Shown: positions 1 to 13,602 of the stretch, in pieces
Layout: the number at the start of each line of letters is the position of its first letter
Numbering within the stretch: the first letter of the stretch is position 1
NCBI GenBank assembly: GCA_973895155.1
Contig: OZ316892.1
Location: 15,120,861 to 15,184,860, forward strand
Direction of reading: 5' to 3'
From: Marsupella aquatica
Lineage: Eukaryota; Plantae; Marchantiophyta
Length of the DNA: 64,000 nucleotides
Notes under the pieces: model-generated
Database searches by the model: none
What the model was told of the DNA's origin: nothing
What the model saw: the letters and a program-made list of their open reading frames with translations, nothing else
Program-made: the position numbers and the translations under genes

Positions 1-70
1 GTCCCAGAAGGAACACAATCTGGTCGTTTTCAAAACCGCACATGGAAGAAACACACAGAATAAACCATAC

Positions 71-2617
71 CCAATATAAAACAGTATGCCGATCTCGGTC
101 CACTCTCGCACCATCAGCCACATCCAATAGTAATTTGCAACTCCATCTGGTCGGCAATGTATCTGCGATAACAATCATTTCTAGATATGAAGGCCGTGGC
201 AGTGATAAAGGTGCAGTTTAACTTCTGTGAAAGAATGTGCGGCACAGAGTATCTCAAATAAGAAGAGATGTACCAAGATTTGACTAGCCATGATCACGTA
301 CATTGCACCTTGAAAATTTCTGGGACATACCATGGTATCAAATTAGGGGGAATGATGGCAAATCTTTCACAAAACTAAATGTGTTTTCTTATTAGTGTAA
401 ATGCTAGACCAGCCTTTGGAACACTTCGCAATCAACTTTGCAGTGTTGTTCGTCGAACAATTCTGGGATATTTCTGTACATTATCTGCCCCCATGATCCA
501 AATTCTTCAATGGAGTTTAGTCTTATTTATTTTATTATTTATTTTATTGCCTTTTGGTTTTCTTTTATTCACTGATGACAGCTAGAAGGGATTACAAGAA
601 ATCCAGGTAGGAGAGCAAAACCAAATCAGCCCGTTGTGACATGGCGGGAATGAGACAGACAGTTTGCATCAGGAAAACAGGAGCATCCTGTTCCGATGAC
701 GCACCTATTCCACGATAGAGATGTACTGTAACAAGTCTCCGTGAGTGGGAGCTAGATAAAGTGTTGGTGCATAGAAGATGACAGAAGCCTGTAACGATCA
801 GGCTCGTCAGTGTTGCTCTGTGGGAAATGAGTAAATCTCTCTTTGTCTCACTAGTGGTTAAGAAAAGCTCATTTCCCTGCAGACACATGCACTCTATGGT
901 TCCTATTGTTGTACGTGTGCATCAAGATGAGCAAAAAAGTGTTTCCGGGGGGAAAGAGTACTTGAGCATATTATACTTGACGCAAACGGCAGTTTGCATC
1001 ATCAAGACACCCTCATTCTGCATGGACTGTAGCTGCTCCTTTAGAATCATTAAGTTTTGGGAAATGCGAATAAATATCACATACATCAGTAACATATACA
1101 TCAGAGCCACCAATACCTGCCACAATCAAAATAGAGACCATCGTCATTCAACATGAATCCTCTGTTACGGGACGTTCCCCTCGCTACCTTATACAATAGT
1201 CCGCACCGCTCAAGACCCGTGACTCTTTAGATGAGGTGTAGCACTGATTCTTTATTTGTATATACAACGATCAGTCCAATATGTATTTCACAATCTTGAG
1301 TGGACTTTCGGGTTGGAATCTTATAAACCAGAAGCCCCTTTTATCTTGATCTCTCACCATTTCTGATTACAACAGATCAGTTACTCAAGAATCGGACCCC
1401 CATCGAAAAATTCGAGACAAACAAACCCAGAAACACCTTTCCCAGCACAAAGTTCGTGCATCACTCTCTACAGGTCTATTTGACACACGTTTTGAATGCT
1501 TCGAGTCTTGAACAAAAGATCTGGAACTGCAAACCATGCATAAGATTTTAGTGCAATACAAAAAATTCACAGTTCAAAGGAAATGAGGTCCCTTACAACC
1601 CAGACGGTGAGTGCGAACATCGCTTCAGTACGGACCATGGATCATACAGGTGATATCGAATGAAACATGTACCACAAATTGAGGAATATCAGCCTTGTAT
1701 CCCGTAAGAAGCAAGTACAAAAGAGACGCAAGTATTGCTATGGAACGGCGATCCGAAAAGGAGAGATGTTCCCGCATTACGCAGTAACCGTGTGCTATAA
1801 GTAGAAAGGTAGCAAAACATGCTGTTTCGAAAAATATCCGAGATACGAAAACCCCAAATGCTAGCCAAAATGAGCAAGAGCTGAAATTTAGACATGAGTA
1901 CCTGCAAGGCAACCAATTAAGTTTCGTTATTGAAAGTCTGGTTCATTTTTGCGACGGACTCTAGTATATTGACTGCTACATTAGCGACTCTAGGGTAAGC
2001 AATCCGACCTTTGAAATAGTTCAAAACATTAGACGTGCGTCCGTGACTCACTAACATCCATAACATGAGTCTTGTTCATCGATCGATCAGTGGCGCATTT
2101 TGCAACGGAATGTACTATTGTGACTAAGCAGACCGACTGTCGGGAAAGCATCAGACCTTCAGGATAACAAATACAACCCGCTGTCTTAAACCATGCCACA
2201 GAAGGATGATCCCAGAAATAAACCAAAATCAGAACTCTCAAGGCTGGGGGCAGGGCTTACCAGAACACGAAAGAGAATCCCAAAACAAGAGTCTTTAGGA
2301 CTGGCACTGCTGCAATTATCCATTGCAAGTTGTTTGTCTGCGGACAAAATCATTTAACGGTGCTCAACATACACCCTAAAACTTACAACACACACTCCGT
2401 TCGTCCAACTATATATTAACTTGCCGAACTAAAGAAAGACAACAGGATTGAATGCAGAACATACATGCCATCTTCGTTTGCTCCATGTGTTGGCAGTCCA
2501 GAGTCCAGCAAGAGCTACCCAGACAACAAACAAGCCGAAGAACAGGACCGGCAGAGAACGGTAACTTTCTTCCCAGTAATTTGAGTTATGGAGCACACGA
2601 TTTGTAGCATAATTCAT
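71..2617 (-). CDS. Conserved plant multi-pass membrane protein (GPR107/TMEM87-like); 3' end runs off the window
   Basis: GT-AG exons join in frame: 2617-2465, 2337-2261, 1901-1673, 1116-962, 319-274, 162-71. Product: MNYATN...WTANTWSKRRWH|TNNLQWIIAAVPVLK...W|YSCLNFSSCSFWLAFG...LIAHGYCVMRE...ISQNLMILKEQL...KYNMLK|NFQGAM...WLMVREWTEIGILFYIG. It has several hydrophobic helices. The family name is recalled from similar plant proteins. Confidence 0.85.
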
Positions 2618-3660
2618 AGCTGTTGTGGTTTTCGTCTGATCGTCCCCACACCGCTATTCCTGGACACTCGAAAAGTATTCCTACTCAGTGCCTTTTGATT
2701 AGGTTTGTAATGCCAAATTTGAAGTAGATGACTAGAATTCCACCAAAACTGGAATCAGTTTATATTTATGTATTCACAAACTCTTCGTCACCACCAAGTC
2801 GTTGCCCATGCATGCGACGTCCGCCTACATCATCCCCTCTTTGGTGGAGGCTTGATAGAAAATATTTCTCGCACGAGTCGGAAAAACAGGATTCATTCAA
2901 ACTGGGCCCAAATTCACCTGTCCACCACAAATTCACAGCAAAAGACACGCCCAATTGGTCTGTTGACAACAACGTAATCACATACGACCGGATCAACCGC
3001 TTCATCTTCTTCCATCTGGTGGTCGAATCGCGATACACAATTCCTAAAATTAGCGAGTCGGAAGGATTCCAACGGCTACCAACGACCGTTAATCACAATT
3101 TCACAAACCGATGCTCTGAAATCGTCCTTCATGCAAATAATGCGATACGATGCGGTACGAGCAGTGGTAGAGGGGTATGAAATTGTCAAACCGCTGATGC
3201 TTCGTCCTCATTGCATTACCAGTCATTCTAGTCATTCCAACCAATCCTCGATGGATCAAAGGATGAAGCCGGCCAAGTCCCTGGCCAGGGATCACTTCAG
3301 ACACAGAATGTGACCAGAATTCTCCCGTAATTGAGGTCATAAGTGAAACCGATCACTCCGGTCCCGCAGGTCTGGGTGCTTCTACAGGTCCCCACGTTCC
3401 AGACAGAATTCAAATGGCACTTACGCGTTTCTTACTCAAATTGAGGGTATGGAAATCGAAGTGGGTGATTCCCGACGTCCCCGTGTTCATGACAGAACAA
3501 CAACCGAAATGCAGGAAACGTTTTGTCACACATTCATGATTCATGCCCTGTCTTGCCCTCAACTGCATCGAAAGGAACAGAGTCTCATACAAGAGACGAG
3601 GGTCACCGTCCCATGCAACCCCAGGCAGCAAGACTCCTACTGTAGGGGGACTCCAACTGT

Positions 3661-3858
3661 ACCAGGAGGGAGAGAGGGTTAAACCCTTGGCTGGTCACTT
3701 TAGAGAGGTGCATGCTTTGGAGTTTATAAACCAGGAGGGAGAGAGGGTTAAACCCTTGGTGGGCTACTTTAGAGAGGTGCGGAGTTTATCTTCTACCAGG
3801 AGGGAGAGAGGGTTAAACCCTTGGTGGGCTACTTTAGAGAGGTGCATGCTTTGGAGTT
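3661..3858. repeat. Tandem repeat, 3 copies of a ~65-70 bp unit
   Basis: Core CCAGGAGGGAGAGAGGGTTAAACCCTTGG...CTTTAGAGAGGTGC occurs three times, each with the near-palindrome AGGGTTAAACCCT. Confidence 0.9.
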
Positions 3859-4072
3859 GATCGTCTATTCTCTGTTTGATCTCTCAGCTTTCGATATTCA
3901 AGGCAAAAAAAGACTCCCACTGTAGCTAACATGCAATAACATGCACTGCTTTCTTGAATGGTTCACACTAGACTTACTGTAGGAGCCTCTTCGATCATGC
4001 CAGCTGCCATGCTATAATCGTGTCCAAATTTTCCATCGGATCATGGTTATGAATAGGATAATGTACTGGTTA

Positions 4073-5803
4073 GAGTACATTGTGATGCATATTGCCCCCA
4101 AAAAACTCGGGCTGGAGCCAAGTTTTGAGTGACATTATTCTCATAATGATTTTAAACCACAAGTGCACCTAATGTATGTGAAAATTTGAGTGATTTTTCC
4201 ATAACAGACAAAAATAAGTGAATCTGAGAAATAGAAAATTAAACTTAAAGGGCCAGGTAAAAAGTGGTTGCTATGCAATTGGCCAAAAATATGAAAGAAG
4301 CTACAAGCAAATCTTGTGATCTTTAATACAATTTATTATGTTATTTTATATGGTAACACTATATTTGGGTTTTACCTTTCCTACATTTATGGTGTTTCAC
4401 ATAATCCCCGCAAGGTAGGCTACATGGAAAATTAATGCAATAAAAAATACAAAATTAGTTCGTGGACCCCCTGGTTACATATTTTAGGCCTTGTTTGAGC
4501 TTGTGTTTTGAGAGGCTAATATGGTCCATAATGCTTTGCTAGCACACATTAAAACACGTAAGGTCTATGAGATATTTTCACTAATTTAAGAACATTAATT
4601 AATAAACCCAAGGAACAATTTTGTTTACGCTAGTTGATTTGGGCATTGGATGACACTATATTTGACCACTAAATTGCCCTAGGCACTCAATTTGAGTTGA
4701 GAATCTTGATTACTTTCTCCAGATCAATTGAGAAATCTGCTTTTCTACGCAAGGAACCCTAAGCTTTATAGTAGCTGAGTCCTCTTTGTAGAATATTTGT
4801 CACCTGATTTGTCTATGTACTTTCAAATTATTGGAAATTCTGGAGATTTCACTGAAGTCTGAATTTGGCAAATTTTGAATTAGAGATTAATAGCCTCATG
4901 ACCTTGACGCAACTATCCACCAAATGGAGAAGGGCAGCGCTTAAGCTTTCAAATGAGAGAAGTCTGATTAAGAAGAGAAGCTGGTAGTCATGTTGTGTTG
5001 GACAAATAGGTTAGATTTTACAACTTGTATTGTTTAGATTAAATTAGATTTTCTCACGAAATCAATTTTGACCCATTCAGCCATGCCTGAGCAGTTGACA
5101 TTTTTTCAACTGCCACATGAATACTTTGCTTTGCAGGCCAAAGTGGACAGCATGGTTATCACGAGTAGTTGTCAAAATCAGGCTTTTTCGTTGCATGCAA
5201 CCAAATTCTCAAGCTACAAGAGTCAATAGTCAATTTGTGGCAAGTCCATTTGAAACCAGATCAATGTCTGATCACATGAATTGAATCAATTCATTGAGTT
5301 CAAGTTCCGACCATAGCTGGCAGTTTGCCTGAATTGCAAAAAGCTGAAAATCTTACTCCATGTGCCAATTACCCTTTAACAAGGAAGTTATCAAGTTAGT
5401 TATTAGTCATTGTTTATTATTTGAAAGATACTTTTTAAATCTTTGAATTTAATTTTTAAAATTGGATACGTAACTAAAACGGTTACATAGTGACAGTTTT
5501 ACCGGTCTTGCTCTTTACATTTCTAAATTTTCACCCAAATTGATGCAAACACGATAAATTGTAAGTTGATTCATAAACCTGATGAGTCTTGTTTGTTGCG
5601 GTTGCGGGTGCGGTTGTTGTTGATGTGGCACTCTCTGGTGCCAGGAATTTTGGAAGGGACCTCTCATGGGGTCCGTAAAAAAAATCACAAAAGTTTTTAC
5701 TTATCGGAAAATTCTGTTTTGGAGGGACATTATGGGATATAATGCCACCCAAAATAGGGGCTGTAGCCCAATGTTTGAGGGGCAATTATTGCCCATAGTG
5801 CTC
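4073..5803. mobile_element. Non-autonomous TIR DNA transposon (~1.7 kb)
   Basis: 4073-4148 (...ATTGCCCCCAAAAAACTCGGGCTGGAGCCAAGTTTTGAGTGACATTATTCTCATAATG) is an imperfect reverse complement of 5728-5803 (CATTATGGGATATAATGCCACCCAAAATAGGGGCTGTAGCCCAATGTTTGAGGGGCAAT...). The interior is AT-rich and non-coding. No clean TSD. Confidence 0.65.
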
Positions 5804-6582
5804 CAAATGTTGAACCTTAGTACAATTTAAGGACTGAAAGATTTCATTTCTTTAACTGTAGTAAAGTAGAATCATCCTGAAGAGATCATCCAGATCGTGA
5901 CCAAGGTATTATGCTCCAAAATGGCCTGAAGAATACAAACAGAAAAACTGCAAAGGGCATTAAAGTATAGCAACAAAGAGGCAGGGACCTAAGGTCAGCA
6001 AGCATTCTATCATGGGCCGGGATTCTGTTTTTACCTGGACACCATTTAGGAAACCTCTGTCTGGGATCAAATTAAGATCATGTCCAAAATGAAATCCCCA
6101 AGCCTTTATTTAGGACAGCTATGGTGGGTGTGAACCTTTACCTAACAGAGAGATAACCCTGGAGAATCATGTTTTTCAGGTGTTAATAGTTGCACCAATA
6201 GGATTTGCTTCAAGTATAAGATCATGACAATTAGAGAAAACATTTTCCAGTGATTGTGGTTGCACTACTGTAGGCTTTGTGGAAACAACGCTACTTTTTG
6301 GCTCTATGCAAAATTTATAATAAAAAAAACTCACTGAGCATTATTGTTCATATTTGAATTGGAAATGCATTCAAGAGCTTGGAGTCCCATTAGGCAATGT
6401 TCTAACTTAGATTAGTGTCTTATGGCAATTGAGTTTGAACAAAGTGAAATGCAAATTGTGATCTCCACTTGGGGGTCTCATTAGCACAAATCTACCCTGC
6501 CCAGACTATACACTCATACCCACTGCCGATTCTTTAGCAATGCTTCCTCTGATGACTCTCAAAAAGAAAGCCTGGATAAACA

Positions 6583-6875
6583 GCAAAGTGATAGACTCAC
6601 AAAACCAAACTTCAAACATTCTAGAAAAAAAGGTTTGACAAAGTGATAGACTCACAGAACCAAACTCAAAACATTAGTAGATTTTCTAGAGTACTTTGGT
6701 CCTGTTTTGTTAAATTAGATTTTCTGGAGTACTTTGGTCCTGTTTTGTTATATTATGGTTTGATAGCGTCCATCTGAGTATCCATAACCAACTTGTTAAA
6801 TTAGATTTTCTCGAGAACTTTGGTCTTGTTTTGTCAAATTATGGTTGGTGCCGTCATCCGAGTATCCATAACCAA
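6583..6875. repeat. Short dispersed/tandem duplications
   Basis: CAAAGTGATAGACTCACA occurs twice; TAGATTTTCT..AGTACTTTGGTCCTGTTTTGT occurs three times. Confidence 0.8.
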
Positions 6876-7197
6876 CTCCATCCAAGGCCTGGAGAGAGAC
6901 TCCACAACTTTGTTGATTGACTATGCTTGTCACGGAGATTGACTATGCTTGTCACGTCCTGGACAGTGTCGCCAACCATCAAGGTGATTGTACTTGTTAG
7001 CTTTGCGATTTCAAAACTCAATGGAAAGAGCAGTTCATGAGGAGATCGTTCCTTGATGGTTGGGAATCTTTGCTTGTCCCTTTGTAGTGTACTGAATTTT
7101 GTTTTTTTATTATCATTCATAACCCTGAAGTGATGCAATAGGGCATGAAGTTCTCCCATAACACTTGGGCGTGTCACCCTTATGGGGTAGGTCTTTT

Positions 7198-7492
7198 GGT
7201 AGCCCATAGTAATTTTGTCCTGGCTGTAAGAGAGTTTCATGTCTTGTAGCCCATAGTGATTTTGTCCTGCCTGTAAGAGAGTTTCATGTCTTGAGCAGTT
7301 TCATGTCTTGAGCCATAACTAAGTTGGTAGCCAGAGTTTCATGTCTTGAGCAGTTTCATGTCTTGAGCCATAACTAAGTTGGTAGCCTTTCATGTCTTGA
7401 GCAGTTTCATGTCTTGAGCCATAACTAAGTTGGTAGCCCATAGTGATTTTGTCCTGGCTGTAAGAGAGTTTCATGTCTTGAGCCATAACTGA
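7198..7492. repeat. Compound tandem repeat
   Basis: AGTTTCATGTCTTGAG(C), CCATAACTAAGTTGGTAGCC and GTAGCCCATAGT.ATTTTGTCCTG.CTGTAAGAG units are repeated in mixed order. Confidence 0.9.
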
Positions 7493-9043
7493 GTTAGAGT
7501 TGTGCTTTGACATGCCCTCATGGACTGAGAAATGCTCCCAGAACTACTATGAGAATTTCCACACTAATCTGATCAGTGTCCCAGAGTAATCAACGAGCTC
7601 AAGCAAAGATACCCAATAGGAGATTTGATAAGAGAAACGAAGGCAAACTCTTTACTATGAAAGACAAAGATGGCATGTGATCTCTCTCTACCCTGTCATT
7701 CAGACAGCACTGAAAAGATCTTAGGTCCGAGATGGAGTTTCATTATTCGTTCCGAGAAACCCAAACCAGTTCTAGAACTCAAGGTCTAAAACTTCCTCTG
7801 AATACTGTGCTCCGTCTAGGTAAGGTCCTCATAATAAACTCTGCCGGGCATTACATACTGAGAAACACACTCAACATACTCTACCAAACACCACACCAGC
7901 ATTCTACCCACTCCCTAGTAAAGCCCCAAATTCTTTTGGACATTCACCAAATTCCCAAAATGACGGTACGTCAACCTTTTGTTGCTGACTTCGTCAACTA
8001 ACATGCTCCCCGTTTTTATTTTAATCCACCAAAATTTCAGGAACCCTCGAGCACCACAGACACACAGTCGGAGCATATACCGTACCAAACATATAAAAAG
8101 CACTCACAAATCATCGAGGACCATCTTCTTTGAAAAGCGCCTCGAGTTTCAAAATAAGAAGTACCTCTTCAGTTACTACCTCGGAAGCCACCTACTCGAT
8201 GGTGGCCAAAACAACCCCATGGAAGCATTAAACAGTCCGCGATGTCACTTGATATTACGAATGTACCGGAAAACTCTTCAAATTAAATATTAGTCCAAGA
8301 AATTACACTTTTGCGCTCTTGGTTATTACCAGGGGAGGCGGGATGTCTAAGGCCCAAGAACCACGAATTGTGCCGTAGAAGAGACTTATTGTCAGCCAAA
8401 TAGAAGACATCATAAATGTGAGGATTTTCCTCAAAGTCTGTCAAAATCGGTGTCACAGTTCGACAGTGCAGGACGCCCGGATATGTTGTTATAACCTGTA
8501 CTGTCACCATGAATGACAGTCTCTTGGGGTACCTGTGGAGGCGACTAAAATCGAAGGCAGCCGCAGCCTCATTGCAAGCAAAGCTAGAATCCAACCAATC
8601 AGGTAGCAAACAGAATATTAGAGATCCCCTCCTGCTTACACGTCTGAAAGCTTGACGAAAGAGAGAACGAGCTATCCTGATGTCAAGACAAAATTCGTTG
8701 ATGCTCTTGAACGGTTGACTTTCTCAAACCGAGGACAGCCCCATTTACTTCGTTTTCAGCCTCCGAATGGTACAGTTGACAAAGAGCATAGAAAGGTACC
8801 AAGAGAAGGATCTCCACTGAACCTAAACCCAAAACTCCTTTCTCAACACCGACAGACCAAACACCAGTACAAATGTGACACATGCTACTAGTCCCTCAGA
8901 TGACTTCTACAGGACACTACAAACCCCTCTGCTGTCAAAATGGCTAAATCACCCAGCTTGAAATCCAAAGAGAAGCCTATATTGCACCTGAGTGTTTGGC
9001 CCTTGACCAGCTGATTTGGCTCCAAAACTGCCTAACATGCAGT

Positions 9044-9859
9044 TTAACAACTTTTGTCCACCTCGTTTTCTGGCGACTGCAATGGAAATCCAGGATCTTT
9101 CTCTCCACCTTGGAGAGCGTCTGACGCAGTTCTGGCTGAGCTATCTCCATCCACTACACCTGTCACAATATTGGCAGGCAATCCAGAGTCCACCTCAGAG
9201 TGTGAAATCTTAGCAACTACGACTGGAGAAGGGCTACTGTCCTGTTCGTGCAGCACAGAGTCGCCATTTACACCCGTCCTATCCCCCGGAGATTCACCCA
9301 CAGAGACATCCAATCCATTTTCTACACTGGCCTCCACCGACAGCGTAGCAGCAGTGCCACCATCTGCTGGGGCTGCCTCTCTCCGACTCTCATAAACTAC
9401 TTGGGCCTCCACCACAGTAGTTCGACTTGGTTTGTCTGTGGTAGTTTCTTCCGGTGGCAAAGGAGCCCACATTTCCACTTCTGCACTTTGTGCCCAAGTA
9501 AGTGTCTCGGAGGAGCTAGGCGCTAAATTGTTCTTGAGGTCAGAAACAACTGTGGTTATCTTGTATTCTAAACTCAGCCTTCGTACTGTAGAATTCTGTG
9601 TCACTGAAAGAGGTTCTTCAAAAGACATGCCACGCGCACCGGTAACACCTACCACTGTAAGAGGTTCTAAATCTGGCATTACCTCGGACACTTCGCTTTT
9701 CTTAAGCACGGACGTAGCTTCAGCTGCAGCTGTCATTTCAACTGAAACAGCTGTCAACGCAGAATTGTTTGCTGGCTTGGAATTAGGTGTAACCAACCAA
9801 TCTTTTCCTGGCACTTTCACGAAGACGTTTTCTGGCACGGAAATGACATCCACGCTCAT
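9044..9859 (-). other. 271-codon S/T/E/V-rich ORF just downstream of the predicted stop; possible relict or alternative C-terminal coding region
   Basis: Long ORF with disordered-protein composition. It starts about 40 nt after the TGA at 9903-9901, in a different frame. Confidence 0.45.
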
Positions 9860-9900
9860 AGGCTTTCACGCATTCTGCTTTTTTCACTACTGTCAAGAAA

Positions 9901-12900
9901 TCATGCTCCCTGAACACTATCAGGATTTTTTCCGTCATCTGATGACGGTGGCCAACAAATGGAAGTGTTGTCAGTTTGAAGAAATTCACCTGAAGATTTC
10001 GTCGTCCGGTCAATCCGAGCCTCTTGTGCTTCAAACAATTGCCTGGCAGCCGCCCACTCCCAATCCCAGCCAACAGAGTTTTCCCCACCTGCTGCCTGCA
10101 GAGACGGACTACAAATAAATCATAAAGTTCACACATGAACCCGATCAAGACGGCCTCCTGAGTAGGGATCTTCAGTTCAAGCCTTTTCCAATCAAGTCGG
10201 CCGACACAGAGATAAGTCTGCATTCTATCTGCTATAACCGTGGAGCCAGTGCACCTAAGACCATAGAAGCAAGGCCACAAACAAAGAACAGCTCATGCCA
10301 TGATGAACGATAGGTGTATTTAGCAACTGTGATGTACTGGCGGTCCAACCAAAAAAACGAACAAAATTTAGCATTTCAGAGCTCCAAACCAACAGTGTAC
10401 ATAAGGGAAACAGCTGAGAGGCAACGACACGAAGTTCATGCTTTGACCGCATCTACAAATAATCGTCGCAATCACAGAAGCTCCGTCAATTTTTTTATGG
10501 AATTTATGAACAAAGACGGGGAAGATGAGGAATGCTCTGAGTTCTTTCTCGGCGATGACCAGAAAAAACGTTCCTTACATACTCTGGTCAAACACCAACC
10601 CTACATGCAACTCATTAACGGTAGCTGAATGCACAAAATTCGCGCTAACACAAAAGGCCGAAAGATATTCCCTACTACCCAGGTGGCCAGACCAAGACAA
10701 TCGCGGCTTGAATAGTGACCTGATTTTTTGAGGCAGCCTCTGTCAAGGTAATCGGTTCTGATAGTTCACGAGGAACGCCGCCAGGAGGTAGAATGATGGG
10801 AGGGCCAGGCACAGTTTCCCATCCCAGAATTTTACACACAGCTCGCGCAAAACCACGGTGCTCTGGAAGCTTTTTGGTTCTCAGTATTTTCTTGGCATGC
10901 TGCACCAAACTCGAAACGTCCGGAAATCTTTTCTTCTTCCTACACAGCCAAATATAACTCGCCAGATGAGGATCTGCCATTGCTGTGCCGCCAAATTCAC
11001 TCAATCTGATGCTAAATGCTTTACATACGGTTACAGAATAGTCTCACGACTTACAGCGCTCCAAATGTGTGGAAGCAGGACCAACTTAACGATTGACATC
11101 CACCATAATGAAAAACCTAAAAGTCTGCTCGATCCTAAGAAATGAATGAGGTCACAATTTGACTTGAGGCAGGGGAAGGAGTGCTCACTTGGCCCCGACA
11201 CCAGCACAGACAAGACATTCGAAGCTACCGCTATTTACATTGGCCTCATAAACCTTCCTCAAGTCCGTGTCCTGCTCAAAGAGAGAAACATAATTGTCAA
11301 ATGCGTTATCCTCCCTGTTCTTCACGGTCTCCTGCAGCTCCTCCATGATCACCACCACTTTCTTCTTCTCAGACCCCACACTCCCTTCTTTGCTAGAGGA
11401 ATCCACCTCCGCAACATCCACTGTGCCCTCCTCACTTCTCTCAAAGTTGTCAATGTCGACCATTTCAGAATCCTGGCTCTGTGCAACACTTAGGGTACCA
11501 CCTCTTCCGCTTTCTTCCGATGCTTTACGTTCGGGAGTACTGGTCACTAATCCCTCGCTCTGAGGATTTTCAGTCATGGCATTGTCAGCCTCCAACCCCT
11601 GGTGCACACAAACGTCATCCAATTGGTCGTCTAAATCAGAAGCAAGAGATTCCCAGTCTGCATCATCATCCTCATCATCCTCAGAGCACTCACCCAGAAA
11701 GTTTTTAGAATCGTTCACGTCTCCAGGTTGTAGAGCTTGAAAAGTTGGTTGATCCCCATCCTCGCCCCTTACAGATGCGTCAATTGTGGACGGTCCATCC
11801 CAGGTCACCTGGGCCTGCCTCTCGTCATCCTCGCTATCGGACCATGAGTCTTCATTGTCCCACAAACCGTTGCTGGGTTCAAGTGGATTCTTCACCTCAT
11901 CAGCCGTATTTGTTGTCATAGGGAGATCCTCCACAGCGGGTTCTGATGCTTCGCCTTTACTGTTCCCTTCGTTGGTGTCGGTAGCCTCCCTCTCAGCTAC
12001 GCTCAAACTCACCGCAGCCTCTTGCTCATTCTCTTCGGACTTGGCCTTGCTATTATGCATTAAGTACAGCTTATCAGATTGCGTCTCCCTCTGGAATCGT
12101 TTACCTTGAACCGCAACTGCAGGTTTCTCCCATCGCTTGTTGCCCTTCCTTGCGGGCTCAACGTCTGAGTTCTGCCATGCTGGCCTTCCACGACTGGGGG
12201 ATCGCGAAGACCGCTGAGGTCGATATCTTTCAGAATTGGGTTGGGTGAAATGTCGGGAAGGTCCTGGATATGGATAGCCTCCCGTGGGAGCCAAATTGTT
12301 CGACTGCTTCCGTGGTCCTTGGTTACCATAATAGACAGCAAGAATATCTTTGTTTGTAATGCTCGCTCGTTGCGAGAAATCTCGCTTGGCACCATACTTT
12401 CCACCCCGAATCGTACCAAATTGTGTATTGCCGTCCGGAAAATCTCTCTCTCGGTGCGCACCCGATCCGGTGCCTCCGCCAGAATGCCTACTGCTGGAAT
12501 CGAAAGGACGTCGGGAATCCCTATCATCAAACCGTCTTTTGCTCTTTCCTCTATCCAGATCCACCACTCTTTGTACCTGTCCAACACTTGTCTCTCGATC
12601 CATTTGCCAATCCTGCCCCCTGCCGACTCTTTCGCCGCCCCGAATTCCAACACTGGGGCCAATCAAGTACTCATCTCTCTCAGGAAGTCGCTCGTCGCGG
12701 ACGTCGACATCGCGATAGCGTTCAGTGCCGTAATAACCTCCATCACGTCGAGAGTAGGCAGCCCTTTCAGCATTCAACTCATCTTGAACACCGGCACGAT
12801 ATGAGTCCACCAACGGACGACCAACTCCTCCATAGCTCTGACTACCTGCGTGCTTGCTCAAGGGCAGGTCGAGGTTAAAACCCTCTTCTACAGGAACTGT

Positions 12901-13602
12901 GCTGCCCTCGTCCGGACGGAACAAGCCAGTCCAGTCTAGTCTCTTAGTAACCCTGAGACCTCCTCCGTCGAGGTCCGAGGTTGTCTGAATGGGCGCAAAT
13001 TCAGCTTCCTTCCGAATAACACCGTAATCGTACTCATTATCATCCCAGGCAGAATCGTCCCTTTTTCTCTCTCTAGCAGCAGGAAATCCATAAAAGTCCC
13101 GCTCTCTTCTTATATCAACTGGAACTCTGTCCTCTTCCCAATCTTCGAGCAGTAGTTGTGACCTAGATGAAGGGAAAGTCTCTGGATTCGGACGACCTCC
13201 CCATCGGTCTATACCTACATCCCGATCTCTGTACTGCTCGCGAGGAGGGTACCTGTCGATGGAGACTTCAGGGCTTAGAGGTCGAATGAACCTGGCAGTA
13301 TCTCGATAAACAGGCTCCGGGGGTGTGGACGCAGAAGGATACTGTGAAAAGAAATTGGCCGCTAATCTCTGGGCTTCCCTCAGGTCAGTACCACTGTTAG
13401 TCCCTTTGTATTGGTAATCCCGGGCATCCAAAACGTGTGCATCTTCTGCCAAGTAAGGTTCGCTCAAGATAAGGCGATCGTCTTCTTCCACCAAAGGGAC
13501 GTAGGGCCGATTCTGCTGGGGTTCCACCCAAGTCGATCTTGCGGATCTTGACGAGTTCTCTGAATTTGAGCGAGATTCATATCGAGGTGCTGAGCGGTAC
13601 AT
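9901..13602 (-). CDS. Large disordered protein with C-terminal FECLVC...QH...H...LGW motif (resembles Arabidopsis At1g78810-like family)
   Basis: An 805-codon first coding exon (13602-11189) ends SFECLVCAGVGA at donor AA|GTGAG. Exon 10939-10720 gives KKKRFPDVSSLVQHAKKILRTKKLPEHRGFARAVCKILGW. A probable last exon 10095-9901 (acceptor TGCAG|GCA) ends ...WPPSSDDGKNPDSVQGA*. The last exon is less certain. Confidence 0.8.

Noticed and set aside
4245-5378. Nested Kolobok-like element (TTAAAGGG...CCCTTTAA)
   Set aside because: The inverted match is limited to about 8 bp, which is insufficient.
11294-12878. Plus-strand and alternate-frame ORFs of 75-200 aa
   Set aside because: These are shadow ORFs of the 805-codon minus-strand exon.
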